From NCBI RefSeq assembly GCF_009914755.1, contig NC_060929.1: DNA of 64,000 nucleotides; one strand, written 5' to 3'. Both the position numbers and the translations under genes were made by a program. Shown piece by piece: positions 1 through 19,159 of this stretch (position 1 is its first letter; every line of letters starts with the position of its first letter). This DNA is from the human T2T-CHM13v2.0 reference genome, Homo sapiens. Below the pieces are notes generated by a model that saw only the letters and a program-made list of their open reading frames with translations, was not told the DNA's origin and searched no databases.

Positions 1-186
1 GTTTCTATCCTGTCCCCCGCCCTAAGTATTTCAGTCCTGCCAACTCCCACAGTCACACAAGACAATTCCTTGAAGTAATTCTCTGAAAAATGTGTACATA
101 TACATTTATATGTATATGTATTTATATTCACACACACACACACACATCCTCTTAATTTTTTTCTCTAAAGAACCCTGAATGATACT
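1..186 (+). mobile_element. 3' end of MLT2-like (ERVL) LTR with internal (CA)n
   Basis: cacagtcacacaagacaattccttgaagtaattctct...cacacatcctc...ctctaaagaaccctgaatgatac resembles the recalled MLT2 3' terminus. Confidence 0.55.
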
Positions 187-2233
187 AACACTAATACTGC
201 TTTTGTTTGACTCATCTGTTTGCATTATTGAACTTGAAATATGTCTGTTAAAAATCAGCTATCTTTATGAAATTGCTTAGTCCGACGGACATAAGAAATC
301 ATCTAGGCCATGCTACTGTGGACGTATTTGTATTTCAAACAGTCTGGGAATGGTTGGTGGTTTGGAAAACGTTTTGCATGTTACATTAAATGTAAGGTTT
401 ATTGAATGCAACGGTACCATCTTATAACACTAATTCATTTGGCTGTGGGATTCAACTTTGAAAGTATTCATTGGCAAATATTCCTAGGATTGAGCTTCTA
501 GTAATATAATTAGATGAATGAAAGTACCTAAAGTCATGACCAACTTCAAATTATATATATAGTTTTATATATATGGTAGATATATCTGTATATATATCTG
601 TGTATATCTCTCTCTATATATCTTTATCTCTCTATCTGCAAATGAAAGCATACATGAACACAGGGGTGTGGGAATTGAGAGCATTTAATCATGACTGATG
701 GGTGAAGTTCAAAGCATGTGGTAAAGATATCTGCACAAAATTTCAGTACCTTAAACAAGGATGCCAGAAACTCTGCTTGGTTTAAAAACAAACACTAGCT
801 TGAGGATGTGGTTTAGTTTTCTGATAAGGATACAAAAACGGAGAATAGCATGGATGTTTAGGGTATGGACCGATTCGTACACCTTCTCATAATTGCGGCC
901 AACAGAAATCTGCTTGAGACGAGGCTGGATGTGGAGTTCATTGTTAGCATTTTTCCAGAAAGGCAGCCACAAATATGTAGGCTTTGGAAACTCAACCTGG
1001 AGCCACTTTGTGACAGAGAACAGAAAATTGGCAACAACTGTTTTTTGAAAGTGAATTTTCTGTGTGCGTGTTAAAACATGTGGTTTTACAAATGATCACG
1101 AGTATCACCAAACCCACAGTTTTATTACTCACATAAAGTTTTCTTCTGCTTTCTTGAGTTAACCAATGGAATTGGAGGAGCCTGACATATGAGTATTTAC
1201 AAAAAGTTGGGAAAGCGATGTCAGGAAGTACAGGATTAGAGGGGATGATTTCTGGGTAACTTGCATCGAGCAAAGCGTAACCGCTCCTTTCTGCTGACGC
1301 TGCTTTTTTGAAGGTCATAATCTCTCTCCTCATTGTCAAGTCCAGTGATTTTGAATCTCCCCTTGTTCTCCAGGGCTTCTGCTGGAGCTGCTCCTCCAGC
1401 ATGCTGCTTTCTGACATCACTTTTCTCTGGCCAGTTGTTCTTCTGGTCTGCGGATTTCTCCTCTTTCTCCCAGGCTAGGTTGCTCGAACTTTCTTTTTTA
1501 CAGAATGAAATTTAAGAGCCCCTAAGAATAAAATCATTTGGGGGAAGGATTATTTCATCACTGGGAAAACAAGTTTTCTAGTCTCAACTTTTCCTACCCT
1601 CTGCTACCCTTCTTCCTTACCCTTTGTAAAGAAAAGAATTTTTCAATCACAACAAAGCATGCTAGGAATCCTTCAAAATTAACCAGAGAAAGATATTTCT
1701 TGGGTTGTGACTACTTCACTAAGAAAAGTCTAAAAGACCCCTGGTGTTTCCTGAGATAGATGGGTACCCCAGCTCCAAGGAGCTGGCTTCAGCATGGAAC
1801 CAGGGACATGGGTCCCGGAGGCCCCAGCTGGCAGCACGTGTTGGGAGAAACAGGGCAGGAGAAACTGGGCCTCACAAGGGTAGAACAGAAGGGAGGAAAG
1901 AGAGAGAATGAGATGGACACGGGTACACTTCCCGCAGGCCAGGAGAGCCCCAATGTGCAGGGACAAAAGGTGCCCTTGGGAAAAGTATAGACGTGTTTTC
2001 ACAGTTCCTTCTTATGTTGCATGTTTGTGAAGTATGCATGTCTGCCAGATTTTCTCCTAGAGAGGACCGTGCCTGCCTACTCTTCCTGCCATCGCAAGGC
2101 CGCTAGAGATCTCACCTGTGAGACCAGGCAGCACAAGGTCTGGACTGTGGGATGCACTTGAGATGCAGCAGTTGCTGTAATCTCTCTTCTGTCATTTCAC
2201 CAAAGCATCACACCCACATCCCTAACTACCTTC

Positions 2234-2840
2234 TGAAGCAGCATCCTTGTCTGGGGTAAATACTAGGGGTCCGTCATATCGTGCCAAGATTAAGGACACG
2301 GACACATGCAGGTGGGTTAGGGAGCAGAAAGTTTACTAGGCAGATGAAAGGAGAGAGGAGAGCAGCTCTTTCTCTTGTGAGAGAGGCGTCTGAAAGGGAA
2401 AAGCCAGCCTGCAGGGGACCACTGCAGATTTTATAGGTAGGCTTGAGGAGGCGGTGTCTGATTTACATAGGGCCCACAGATTGGTTTGACCAGGTGTGAC
2501 ATTTACACCCTAATCTTATTATGCAAATGGGCTTTCCCTTTGGCCAGAGCCATCTTGTCTGCTCCTTACTGTACATGTTGCTGGCAAAGAGAAGGGCCAA
2601 TGGAACTGCCATTTTGATCATGCCTAGTCACAGGTAGCCTTTTCCTATTGGCACAGTTGCCGGCATTCACCTGTGCAAACTTCCAGCTTGCCTGTCTATG
2701 TCTGCAGCTTGATTTTACAGGCTGCCTTTGTTAGAAAAGAAAATGATTTAGGGGCTGCTTTTCATTAAAAGGAAAACCTTACCAAGGACCTCTGTACCCT
2801 CATTATCTGGCTAAGTACTTTCTTCTGAATTCCTATATCA
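2234..2840 (-). mobile_element. ERV1 solo LTR, LTR9/MER61-like
   Basis: TG...CA termini; minus strand begins tgatataggaattcagaagaaaagtacttagccagataatgagggt and ends ...taccccagacaaggatgctgcttca; flanks cttc/tttc (4-bp TSD, 1 mismatch). Confidence 0.75.
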
Positions 2841-3200
2841 TTTCCAGAGGTATCACTTAGATCTCTCAGTGCCTGGACGAACCCAAACTGCCCAAACTGC
2901 ATTCTTCCTTCTCTCAATATTTTGTCTTATGTTCCTCATTCTCAAAAATATCATTATCTTCCCGATCAAAGGCTTGAAAATTTAGAGTTTTCTTCGACTC
3001 TTCTTTGCATCTGATAACTCATATTTGGCCTACTTTAAATTCTGTGGCTTGTTGGCTTGTGATTCATAGTTTGTATCTGCGCTCTTTACAACTAACTTTG
3101 TGAATGTCCTTATTCAAGGCTTGTTCACCTTGTGTGACAGCCTTTCAATTGGCTTCTTCCTCTTCCCTCTCTATCCTAAGCTGAAGACGTTGTGTAGACA

Positions 3201-3951
<751 letters not shown>

Positions 3952-4935
3952 TAGACTTTTTTTTTTTTTTTTAAATGATTCCCCTTAGTCTGCCATTACT
4001 ATTAAAATATTCTTGGTTTAAATCCATCTGTCTGGTTTCCAGAGCCCTTTGGTCTATCTTCATGTCTCCTGCATAACCTTTTCATTCTCGTTAGAATGGT
4101 CCTATGGGTACGTAGGCTACAAAGTTATCTCTGATCACTACACTGACCTGGAAACAAGGTGTCATGTTTACTTACAGATACCAAAGAAAGTGTTTCACAA
4201 AGCATTAGTGAGCAAGGTGAATTTTACCAAAGATTTCCAAGGAGATGTAGGAAAGGGTGTCAATTACACAGTCACTAATTTCATTAAAATCCTGTAAGAT
4301 TAAAAATCAATATGTAATTTCTTGTCTCTGTGTTAAACAATACTGGGATCAGGCATACTTTCCTGTCTGTGTGTTAAACAACATGGGGAACAACCCCAAA
4401 AACCCAAACAAAAGTGTCAGCTACTCGCTTTGGGGCCGACAGCTTGCTCTTCAGGGCTCTCTTCAAACGTCTCACCCCACTCCCCTTCAATCCACTCCTG
4501 TTATGTCAGAAACTCTGCCCAGGCCCAACCATTTCCCCACCTTACAATCACCCAGACCCCCAAACTCTGTAAGTATGTTTTCCCATTTTGAGACACAGCT
4601 AAGCCCTGTCAAGCGTTGTTCGCATTTATTACAGGAAGTCTAGTACATCTAGCTGTGCTTTCTGATGGTTTTTGGAGAGATCAATGAGATATTTTTGCTC
4701 CCTCAAAGTCCTTCATTTTTCAGGCTTTCCTGCCCCATGATTCATGTAGCTCCTAACTACCCCTCTCCCTACCAACTACCCCATTTGTGGGCAGGGCAAT
4801 TTAGATCTGTTCCCACTCACAAACCCATCAGCCCTGGAGAGCCAATCACCAAGTAGACTCACCCAAAGCATTCGCCCAACTGGGTGGGTCTCCATGTAGG
4901 GAGATTAATATGATTGTCTCCACCCAGCATAACCC

Positions 4936-5232
4936 AGCTGGGTGTGGTGGCTCATTCTGTAATCCCATCACTTTGGGAGACTAAGGCAGGAGGATCGCTT
5001 GAGGCTAGGAGTTTGAGTCCAGCCTGGGTAAGATAGAGAGACCCCTGTCTTTACTAAAAACTTTTTTTAAAAAGCTTAGCTGTGTGTGGTGGTGCATGCC
5101 TGTAATCCAAGCCACTCAGGAGGCTAAGGCAGGAGGATCCTTTGACCCCAGGAGGTTGAGGCTACAGTGAGCTATGATGGTGCCACTATATTCCAGCTTG
5201 GGTGACAAAGCTAGACTCTGTATCTAAAAAAA
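4936..5232 (+). mobile_element. Alu (AluJ-like)
   Basis: dimeric Alu with J-type aggaggatcgcttgagg and gagctatgatgg. Confidence 0.9.
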
Positions 5233-5549
<317 letters not shown>

Positions 5550-6029
5550 TAATTAAAAAAATTAATATATATAAATAGCACAACTCTACCTAAAGTCTGG
5601 ATGGTGTGGAAGTCTCTGTAGGTTTGTATTCTTTTTTCCTTTCTTTTCCTCTCTACCTATCTCAGGAGGCTGAAACAGCTGCCTAGCAGCTGCTCAAGAA
5701 AGAGTTTGAAAGCATAGAATCAGCAGATGGTAGGAAAAAACATTCAAAACCCTGACTCTGCCTTACCTCCTTTCTTCCAAGGACAGGAACATTCATTTTT
5801 TTGTGTGTGGATATAGATTTACATGAAGATTACGTTCCTCTCCAACCCACTTCCCCCTGCTTTAGCACCATGGCGTGGCAACATCTCTGATTTCAGAAAA
5901 GAGAAAAGGAAAGAAAGGCTTTGAGGAAACCCAGAAATTCTTTGGGATTAACCAGTGTTTCTGTGAACCTGTCGGAAGCATGGTTGAATTCCTTAAAGCA
6001 CAAGTGTGCTTTTAAAAGTTCCCAGTAAA

Positions 6030-6290
6030 AATAATTTTAACGACTATATAACATTCCATCAAAGGCACATTTAGTAATTTTTCTTTACTGTTTCCCGTTG
6101 ATGGACATTTAGGTGGTTCATATATATATATGTATATATATATATTTTTTTTAGGATTTTGAACATCCCTGAGAATAAATACTTGTCTGCATTTCTTATT
6201 GTTTTCTTTCAGCATGGATTTCTGGTTGTGCAATTACTGGATAAAAGACTATGACCATTTTAAGGGCTTTAAATATACACTGTGAAAGGG
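6030..6290 (-). mobile_element. old L1M 3' fragment
   Basis: gttgatggacatttaggtggtt...ttgtgcaattactggataaaag is typical of degenerate L1 ORF2 C-terminal antisense sequence. Confidence 0.5.
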
Positions 6291-7776
6291 TTTCTTTTTG
6301 GAAATTTGAGATGCCCCTTGTGAGATGGATAATTATGGCAGGGAAAAGATATGCAGAATTAATCACTGGCATTAGCTGCTGGATGTATTTACATGGAAAC
6401 TGCACTTTGGGCTATCAGTATGCACCAAACTGTATCTTTGTTTCTGAACAGCAGGCTGACCCAACAGATGGTTGTCAGGGTCTGTCTGTTTAGGGGAAAA
6501 ACTAACATTCCAAATGCCAGATTCAAGAAATGCCATGATTCGCTGTTTCCCACTGGAGCAGCCAGGACTCTGGACTCCTTGGAGGACATTGAGGCAATGA
6601 AGGTCCAATCCACTTTCTGGCCTCAGCTAAAGCACTCATTTCCACTTAGAGGTATTCTCCTCTCTTGAAATATTTTTCTGTGTTTTCTTTTTCTCAGAGC
6701 TCATTGTACTTTTGAAAAGCCAGGCCCCCTCCTTTCCCTTTCCCTTCCCATGTTGAAAGTGGTGCATTTTTCTAAATTGTCTAACCAGGCAGAGCAATTA
6801 GTGCCCAAGGAGGCAGGAGGCCGATTGCTTTGCAGAATGAATTGTTTTCATGGGAACAGCGTTGAGAGGACTTTACTGAGCAAGAAAGCTTGCCAGCAAC
6901 CTTGTTTGGTGCTGGCCCTCCTGTTTGGATTTCTAGAAGTTGTTTATATTTGCTGCTGCTCTAATAAACAGACCCTTTCATGAAGCAAATCCTTAAAATA
7001 GTTTCATTCCCAGCATGAGTCCTTGTCACCAGTCGGATGCTACAGCATAGAACCAGCTGAGATTAATTGTGGTCTCTGCTGTTTTCTGGTAAATAAATTC
7101 AGTCATTGCTAAGTCCTGGATTTTCACCTTATGTGTGAAGGCTTTCTTCAACCACCTGGTCTCTAAACATTCATTAGCTGGCTGAGTGTGTCAGGTCCTG
7201 TTTGGACACTGAGGATTGGAGTGAGGGATGAGACAGAGAAGGTCCTGTTTCTCACGGAGGTTACATTCTAGGGCTCGTAGTCAGACAATAAACTGATAAA
7301 TAAACACAAAACGTGGCAGACGCTGATAGGATGTGCAGAGAATTAGACCAACCTGCTGTGCTGGTGGCTCTCTGTCCATGATTGGATGGTCCAGAAAGGC
7401 ATCTCTGAGCTGACTTCTGAGTGACAGCTCAGACCGGCATGTGGAGAAGAGGGCGAGGATGCCAAGCTGAGGGAGCGATGAGTCAAATCAAGAAGACTGG
7501 TGGGTTTAATAAACAGAAAACCAGAAGGAAGGCCAGCATGGAAAGGATTCAGTGAGCAAGTGGGTATGGTATGAGATAGGAAGGAGTCAGGTCACCAAGA
7601 GCCTTGCACGTCAGAATAGGGTTCGGACTGGGTTTGAATCTAAGTGTAATAGGAATCACCGGAGGGTTTTTAGCAGATGATATATTGTGGCTTGAGTTTT
7701 AAACAACCCACTCCGCAGGCTAAGTGTTGGCTGTATCATAGGAACAGCAGAGGAAAGCAAGATTAGTAAGGAGCCC

Positions 7777-8996
<1,220 letters not shown>

Positions 8997-10088
8997 TGTA
9001 ATTGCAGTAGAATTCACAGACTTCCATGTGGGGAATTTGGAAAAGGAAAGTGTGCGTAATTCCTAGTTTTCTTGCCCAAGTATCACTAAATTACCCTGGT
9101 TGGTTTAGCTTATTCAGTAGGAAAGACATATGACATATCAAAGCTTGTTTAGATTACTCTGCATTTAATTCTGTCCCCAGCATTTTCTGTGAGGTGGTGA
9201 GAACAAACTTGGAAGCAGGAGAAGAATTGGAAGCGCTAGTTAATGTATTTATAAATGTCAAATTGACTGGTAATTCCACGCCCGCCGTAATATGAAAGAA
9301 GGAATGAAAACCACGTGTGAGCGTGTGTGTGGGGGGTGCAACATCCCGCCATGTTGCCAGCTTCGGTCTCAGTTCCAGGTCTTGGAGCTCCTTCCATTCA
9401 GCAGTTTCCTTACCCATGTGCTGATCTCAGTTATGGGCTCCATTTTCTTGATCTTGATAGACATGACATGAGCAAAGTTTGCATCAGGGAGGGGTATCCA
9501 GAGGTGAACTGCCTGCTGGGGAAGCGAAGTCCTTGCAGAGTGACGAGGTCAAGGACAGCAGCACTGTTTCTGGACACAGGCAGGGCTCATGGGCGTGATG
9601 GCTGCCGGTGCAGCAGGACATGGGCCACGCAGCTCTCCTGAAGCTTCAGGGGCTCCAAGTCCCTTGCACCTCTCCTGCATGGCCACTCCAGGTCCAGTCC
9701 TTTCATGAGGAACTCCCAAGCCTCTTGTTTTCTCTGTATGTCTCCTCATTCCCCTAACCTAGAAGAATTGCTTTCTGGTCTTTGGGGGAGAAATCCCTTC
9801 TTCGGGGATATTTCTGCCAGCGATTTCCTTCTCTCTCATTTTGCACAGCCCGCCGTGCAAATTCTAAAGGACCTTTGCTTTAGTTTGGAAATAGGGCTTT
9901 GGGAAGCTAAAAGCTCTGAGCTTTGAGTTCCTGCAAGCAGAACCCTCTTTGAAATGGGGTGGATGAGGGAAGATGCTGGGGGATTTGGAAAGGAAAGGGA
10001 AAAAAATAGAAGGAAAAAAATTATTTAATATACTGAAAAGAATTAGCTTGACCCATAAGGAACAGGATTTCAACCTAATATTTCTCTT

Positions 10089-10404
<316 letters not shown>

Positions 10405-10990
10405 TAATATTTCTCTTTTAGATAAGAAATCTACTTTCCTGTCATTTTCTGAAAAGGAGGCTCTTCCATGCTTTTGGCCAAGTTTTAGTAAGTAATCTTG
10501 TTTTATTTTTTAATAATGAGTCGAAAGGTTTTCCAGATATCTGAGGAAGCTGTGAAAATGACCGAAATAACTTGTGGCCACAGAGAAGCTGTTTATGAGA
10601 AAATATAAACAATAACCTCAATTTAAAAATGTTCCCTTCCAACCGGCCACCCTTTCCTCACAACATCGCCTACACATGGAGGCTTTACCCCATTGTACGT
10701 CGTTCTCTCTTTTTGCCTCGAAGCTGGTGGTCTCCAGAGTGGGGTGTGAGCACGAGGTTGATGTGTGGGAAAGCCAGGTGGCCTGTTTGGATGTGGGAAG
10801 AAAATATTAGGATTTACAATTATGTTTTCTATCAACTCCTTTAAATGTTTCTATTTTGTTGATGTAATGTTAACACAATGAACACGGATAGAATATAAAA
10901 ATAAATACAACTGTACAATAAAAATATTCAGGATTCCTGACCTAGAACTCTTACAGGTTCACATTTTCTTTTCTAAGCCTGATTCCCTAA

Positions 10991-11427
<437 letters not shown>

Positions 11428-11733
11428 TTTTCTTTTTTTTTTTAGATAGGGCCTCGCTCTGTCGCCCAGGCTTGAGTGCAGTGGTACAATCACGGCTCAC
11501 TGCAGCCTTGAACTCCTGAGCTCAAGCGAGTCTCCCACTTCAGCCTCCCATGTAGCTGGGACTACAGGTGTGCACCATCATACCCAGCTAATTTTTTCAA
11601 TTTTTATTAGAGACAAGGTCTTACTATGTTGCTTAGGCTAGTCTCAAGCTCTCGAATTCCTGAGCTCAAGCAATCCTCCTGCTTTGGCTTCCCAAAGTGC
11701 TCGGATTCCAGGCGTGAGCCACTGCGCCTGGTC
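11428..11733 (-). mobile_element. Alu (AluJ-like), tandem with the previous Alu
   Basis: ggctcactgcagccttgaactcctgagctcaagc J-type signature. Confidence 0.9.
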
Positions 11734-12664
11734 TTCTTTTCAATTCTTGCCACTACGTAGCCTTCCATTACTCATTGCACTGTGATTGAGTAGTCAGAAC
11801 TCTGCAGTTGTTCCCTGTAATTATAAACAATGTGACAGTGATTTCCAATGATGCTTTTACTGGCCTTCTGTTCCTGCCCTGCAGCTTCGTCCCCCACATC
11901 TGGTAGATGGCCTTTGACATCCAAATCTTTATACTTCTATGCAGTTATGCTCCCAGCAACACTGGCACGGGGCATGCCCATGAATGAACTCGAGATGTGA
12001 CCTTTTAAATATTACTCTTAAGGCCTCAAGCTGTGGGGTGAATACAAGGAATATGTCATACCAAATGTTATACAGCCTGACTAGTATAATTTCCTCTATT
12101 TCCACCATGGAGAAGAAAACATCTGTGTCTTTAGCTGTAGATGATTTCTTATTTTGATAGTGTGTAGAGAAGGAAACACAAAGGAAATAAATGAAGGCGG
12201 GGCCAATTGTTCATGGCTGAGCAATAACCTCACCTGGCGATACTCAAGCTGGGGCGTGCATACCTCATGCAGCCGGTGCACATTTTCTGAGTTTCAAGTG
12301 GAGGCCTGGAGAATGTTAATGGCTTCGAGTTCTAGATACTTAATTTCCACACGTGCTCTTTCCTGGAAACTGATTTGCCTCAGAAGGTGTCCATGACAGT
12401 GCCCGGCCCTTCTCTTTCCCACCTCTCCTTGCAAAATATCATTTTTGCTGCTTTATAAAGGACAGCAAGACCCTCCTCTATGTCAGTTTTATTATGTGGC
12501 CTTATTTGTAATGAATAAACTTCAGGGAGGCCAAACAAATGGACAACTCAAAACACTACATTGGTATCAGATAAGTTTTTAAAATCCATGCATCCAAACC
12601 TTGCCTAGCTATCTCATTAAGAAATGTATTTCCAATTTTTTGTTTGCATTTTATTGCCTATTAA

Positions 12665-13032
<368 letters not shown>

Positions 13033-13297
13033 TAATAATATAATTGATTCCTGAAACTCCTGCCCTCCAAATTTTAACACTTAAAATGATATGAGCACAA
13101 TGACTTAAACATTATATAAACTTAAAATTATCTACCTGTGTTTGATCACTTAGGATGATCAACAGAAGACATTCAAACATAAAAATATATTACATTATGA
13201 TAAATTGTGTGGGAAAATGAAATAAAAATATGTTTTCAAGGAGAAAAGAAATAATGTAAAATTTCTGATTTTTTCAAAAGAGCTCATATATATATAA

Positions 13298-13583
13298 TTT
13301 TTTTTTTTTTTTTTGAGACAAGGTCTTACTTTGTCACCCAGGCTGGAATGCAGTGGCATGATGATAGTTCACTACACCGTTGAATTCCTGGGCTTAAGTG
13401 ATTCTCCCGCATCAGCCTCCCCCGTAAGTAGGACTACAGGCACACACCACCATGCCTAATTGTTTTATTTTCCTTTGTAGAGATGGGTCGCCCAGGCTAT
13501 CTCAAACTCCTGGCCTAAAGCAATCCTCCTGCCTTGACCTCCCAAAGTGTTAGGATTACAGGTGTGAGCCACCATGCCCAACC
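13298..13583 (-). mobile_element. Alu (AluJ-like)
   Basis: diverged dimeric Alu with T-tail. Confidence 0.88.
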
Positions 13584-13674
13584 TTTATTAATATATTTAA
13601 AAAATGGATGGTGGTAGAGTTCTAATTGCTTTAATATTTCAAATAAGAGTCTTGTTTCAAAATATTACAATTTA

Positions 13675-14556
13675 TTTTTTTATTTTTTATTTTTATTATA
13701 CTTTAAGTTTTAGGGTACATGTGCACAACGTGCAGGTTAGTTACATATGTATACATGTGCCATGTTGGTGTGCTGCACCCATTAACTTGTCATTTAACAT
13801 TAGGTATATCTCCTAATGCTATCCCTCCCCACACCCCACAACAGGCCCTGGTGTGTGATGTTCCCCTTCCTGTGTCCATGTGTTCTCATTGTTCAATTCC
13901 CACCTATGAGTGAGAACATGCAGTGTTTGGTTTTTTGTCCTTGCGATAGTTTGCTGAGAATGATGGTTTCCAGCTTCATCCATGTCCCTACAAAGGACAT
14001 GAACTCATCATTTTTTATGGCTGCATAGTATTCCATGGTGTATATGTGCCACATTTTCTTAATCCAGTCTATCATTGTTGGACATTTGGGTTGGTTCCAA
14101 GTCTTTGCTATTGTGAATAGTGCCACAATAAACATACGTGTGCATGTGTCTTTAGAGCAGCATGATTTATAATCCTTTGGGTATATACCCAGTAATGGGA
14201 TTGCTGGGTCAAATGGTATTTCTAGTTCTAGATCCCTGAGGAATCGCCACACTGACTTCCACAATGGTTGAACTAGTTTAGAGTCCCACCAACAGTGTAA
14301 AAGTGTTTCCATTTCTCCACATCCTCTCCAGCACCTGTTGTTTCCTGACTTTTTAATGATCGCCATTCTAACTGGTGTGAGATGGTATCTCATTGTGGTT
14401 TTGATTTGCATTTCTCTGATGGCCAGTGATGATGAGCATTTTTTCATGTGTCTTTTGGCTGCATAAATGTCTTCTTTTGAGAAGTATCTGTTCATATCGT
14501 TCACCCACTTTTTGATGGGGTTGTTTTTTTCTTGTAAATTAGTTTGAGTTCATTGT
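13675..14556 (-). mobile_element. 5'-truncated young L1PA (ORF2 C-terminus plus 3' UTR)
   Basis: ORF 13893-14504 matches the L1 ORF2p C-terminus ([29 protein letters not shown]); 16-bp TSD aaaatattacaattta at 13659-13674 and 14557-14572. Confidence 0.96.
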
Positions 14557-17129
14557 AAAATATTACAATTTAGATATATGCCAGAAATTATATCCTTTGC
14601 AACTGCAGCCATTTAAACCAACAATAAAGAATTTTAGATGTCAACTTAAAAATGTATTAATCAAAAGTTTGAAGGTCTTAACCACTGGCTAACAATGTTT
14701 TGAGTTGCTATTGGAGGCGTTATATAATAGGCATATTTTTTTTCCTTCCAATGAGTTCTTTGTTTTTAGTTTATTCACATGTTTAAAATATTTTCATCAA
14801 TCTTTAGTCCTATCACAATGGGGGAACGTGGACACTTTTACATGCTGAAGGACAAGAGCTGGTAAAGAGGAATCTATGGAAGATACAGATAAGACAAAGG
14901 GAGCATTGATGGCCCAAAGCCCTGGAGAGGGGAGGAGCAGCAGGGATGCATCGCTGGGAAATGTAGCTTGGACTGAAGAACGTGAAGAGGCAGGCCGGCC
15001 TTTTTCTCTGCCTCTGGTGGGAAGGAAGTGAGAATGAAAGTGGATGTTACTAAGTTTGATGGTGATGGTGGAGATGGCAGAGTGGAGTTTTGTTTAGCTA
15101 ATACAAGGCAAATCGCCTCAATTTGCTTGCTGAAGGAAGAAGTTATTCTTTTTTCTTTTGTTTGAGGGTGAATTAAGCAGAATTTGAGTAGTCAGCATGC
15201 AGCATGCAAAGGTTTGGGACTGCCTCCTTTAGAATGGGAGAGGAGTCTTTAACCAAAGTCTACCAAAAGATTTTGAGATGGTGCCCAGGGTCCGGTTGTC
15301 TCCTGACTATGACTATTTATATGTGAGTCAAATGTTGGGCTTACTCCTTGACAATGAATTTTAATTTAATTTTGCTTGTGAGACAGAATCCTGCTGATTT
15401 GCAATTCCCCCTCCCTGCTAAACTGCTGATCTCTGACCATTTTTCTAGAAGTTGATTCTCTCAGGATTTAGACAACTTCACTGTTTTCTTCTTCTTTCTG
15501 TTACAGCAGGAAGAAGAAAATGCAGAGTCTAGTTTGTGTCTGGTGCTTATTCTCTACTGTGAATCAACCCCAAGCCTTCTCTGGTCCTCAGAGCTCTGCA
15601 TCAGCCTGTTTAAATGCGAGAACCAGAGGGACCCTGGGAGTCACTAACCGGGAATTTGTGTTGTGATGTAGGAAGAGGTGGCTGACAGGACCATAGGCAG
15701 GTCCCAAGCTAACATCTTGTGTCTCAGAGTTTATTCATAGACTTTAACAATGGATGACGTCAGGGATCAAAACTGCGCTGCTATTTAAATTGTCTAGTAT
15801 TTGCAATGCCTAGCAGACTATGCCCTGAATATTTGCTACTACTGTTTAGCCTCTTAAACATCACCTTGCAATGCCCTCGTCCTGTTTTCTTTACCTAATT
15901 TACCCCTTTCTTCTGAACCATGCTCTATGCCAAGGATTCGCAACAAAAGTTAGCACCAAAATTAAAGTAATTAACAGCATAGCTTCCCCATCACTCAGGG
16001 GCTCATAAACAAAAACTGTTTCCTAGGTCTTGGCTTAAAAATCTTTATCTGAGGGTTTTTTCTTTAATTAAAAAAAATTTGCACCTGGTGTTATTTTTGG
16101 TTGTGAGCACAAACATCTAATAAGCACTTTCAATCAACTGTGTTAGATTGACTGTTTCTCATCCTGTTATTATTTGTTTACATCTGTCTCCTATATTTTA
16201 TTCTCTCCAATGTTATAATGGGGGCATATCATGGTGCCTAAAAACCATACAATGTGGATCATATTCTTTCTGATCATAATAATCCACTTTTAGAGAAGTC
16301 TCATGAATCTTATTACTTTGAACCATAGGCATTTCAGGTGAGTGGTAGGTTGAGTTTGATTTAATTTTGTAATGGGCTACTCCATCAACTTGCAGCTGTG
16401 AAATGTCGGCTAACCCCCATCTCCCAGCTCCCTAAAGGAAGGGAGCCTAGTGTGGGAGCTCCAACTTGGATATGGCTTTGTGTAGGAGTGAAGCTGTTTT
16501 GCCCCCTGGGACAGACTTCCTGAGAGGAAAGTCTCCCTCACCATCTCTTCTCCATCCACCCTTCTTTTGTAGTCTCTGGCCTTGGAAATAAATCTGAACA
16601 TGCTCTCTCTTTCTCCTCCCTCCCTCCCTTCCTCTCCCTCTCCCTCCCCCTGCAAGACCATGTGAGTGCAAATCAAAAGCCACAGATTCCCGAGTGCAGG
16701 AAATGTAACTTAATTTATTTTCCAATAATGGAATTTAATTCCTATTACATACCTTCATTTTACCAGGCAGCAAAACCTTTAAGTTAATTTAGTCCCCACC
16801 CACCCTCCTCATTTTTAATGGGGTCCAGCCTCATTTCCAAGGAGCTTTACCTGGTGCCTCTGCCTCGTGGGGATGGGAGGGGGTCTGGCTGTCCCTGTTA
16901 TCAATCCGCAGCACTCATTTCTGCCCGCCTGTTGGTCATTAGTTCATTCAGATAATGCTCCGGGTCCTCTGGCTCTAACAGTGGACGCCTGCCAGGCATG
17001 ACCTCCAGAGAAATACCTGCATGCCTCCCGCAGGGCTCCTAGATGGACGTCCTGTCTGGGTAACCACCCTATTGTGCTCCTCGCTCACTGTGCTGAGTCA
17101 CTGGGATTTTTTTTTAAATGTAAACAAAG

Positions 17130-18491
<1,362 letters not shown>

Positions 18492-18845
18492 GGCTTTGGG
18501 ATCTTATGGCTTTCCCAGGATGTGTATGGGTCCTTCCAGGAAGAGGGTGTAGGTTTCAAGCCTATCAGTGCTCTTTTGGGATTGGAAGGAGAGCGGCTGG
18601 GGCTTAGGGCTTCTTCTTAGTCACCCATCAGCTCTGAATTGTCCTCGTCTCCTCTGAATCTTTCTTTCCCCTCTTTCTTCTAATTGAAGCAAACTTCATC
18701 TCATCTTCAGGAGAGAAAAAAGAACCTCTGCCTGATATGAAAATTACTTCCCAGTGTTTTTAGGCTGGGGCCCACCTAGGCTTTTTAAACTCAAACGCTG
18801 AGGGTAGCAGCCTGCCTCCTGTCCCTCTGTTCTTTATGCCATTAT

Positions 18846-19155
<310 letters not shown>

Positions 19156-19159
19156 CCAT

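Noticed and set aside
5860-5882. REST/RE1-like tttagcaccatgg
   Set aside because: The right half-site (GACAG) is missing
13893-14504. 203-aa ORF as a protein-coding gene
   Set aside because: It is the L1 ORF2p C-terminal remnant in a 5'-truncated L1 with no promoter; the same applies to 17353-17955 and 57855-59093
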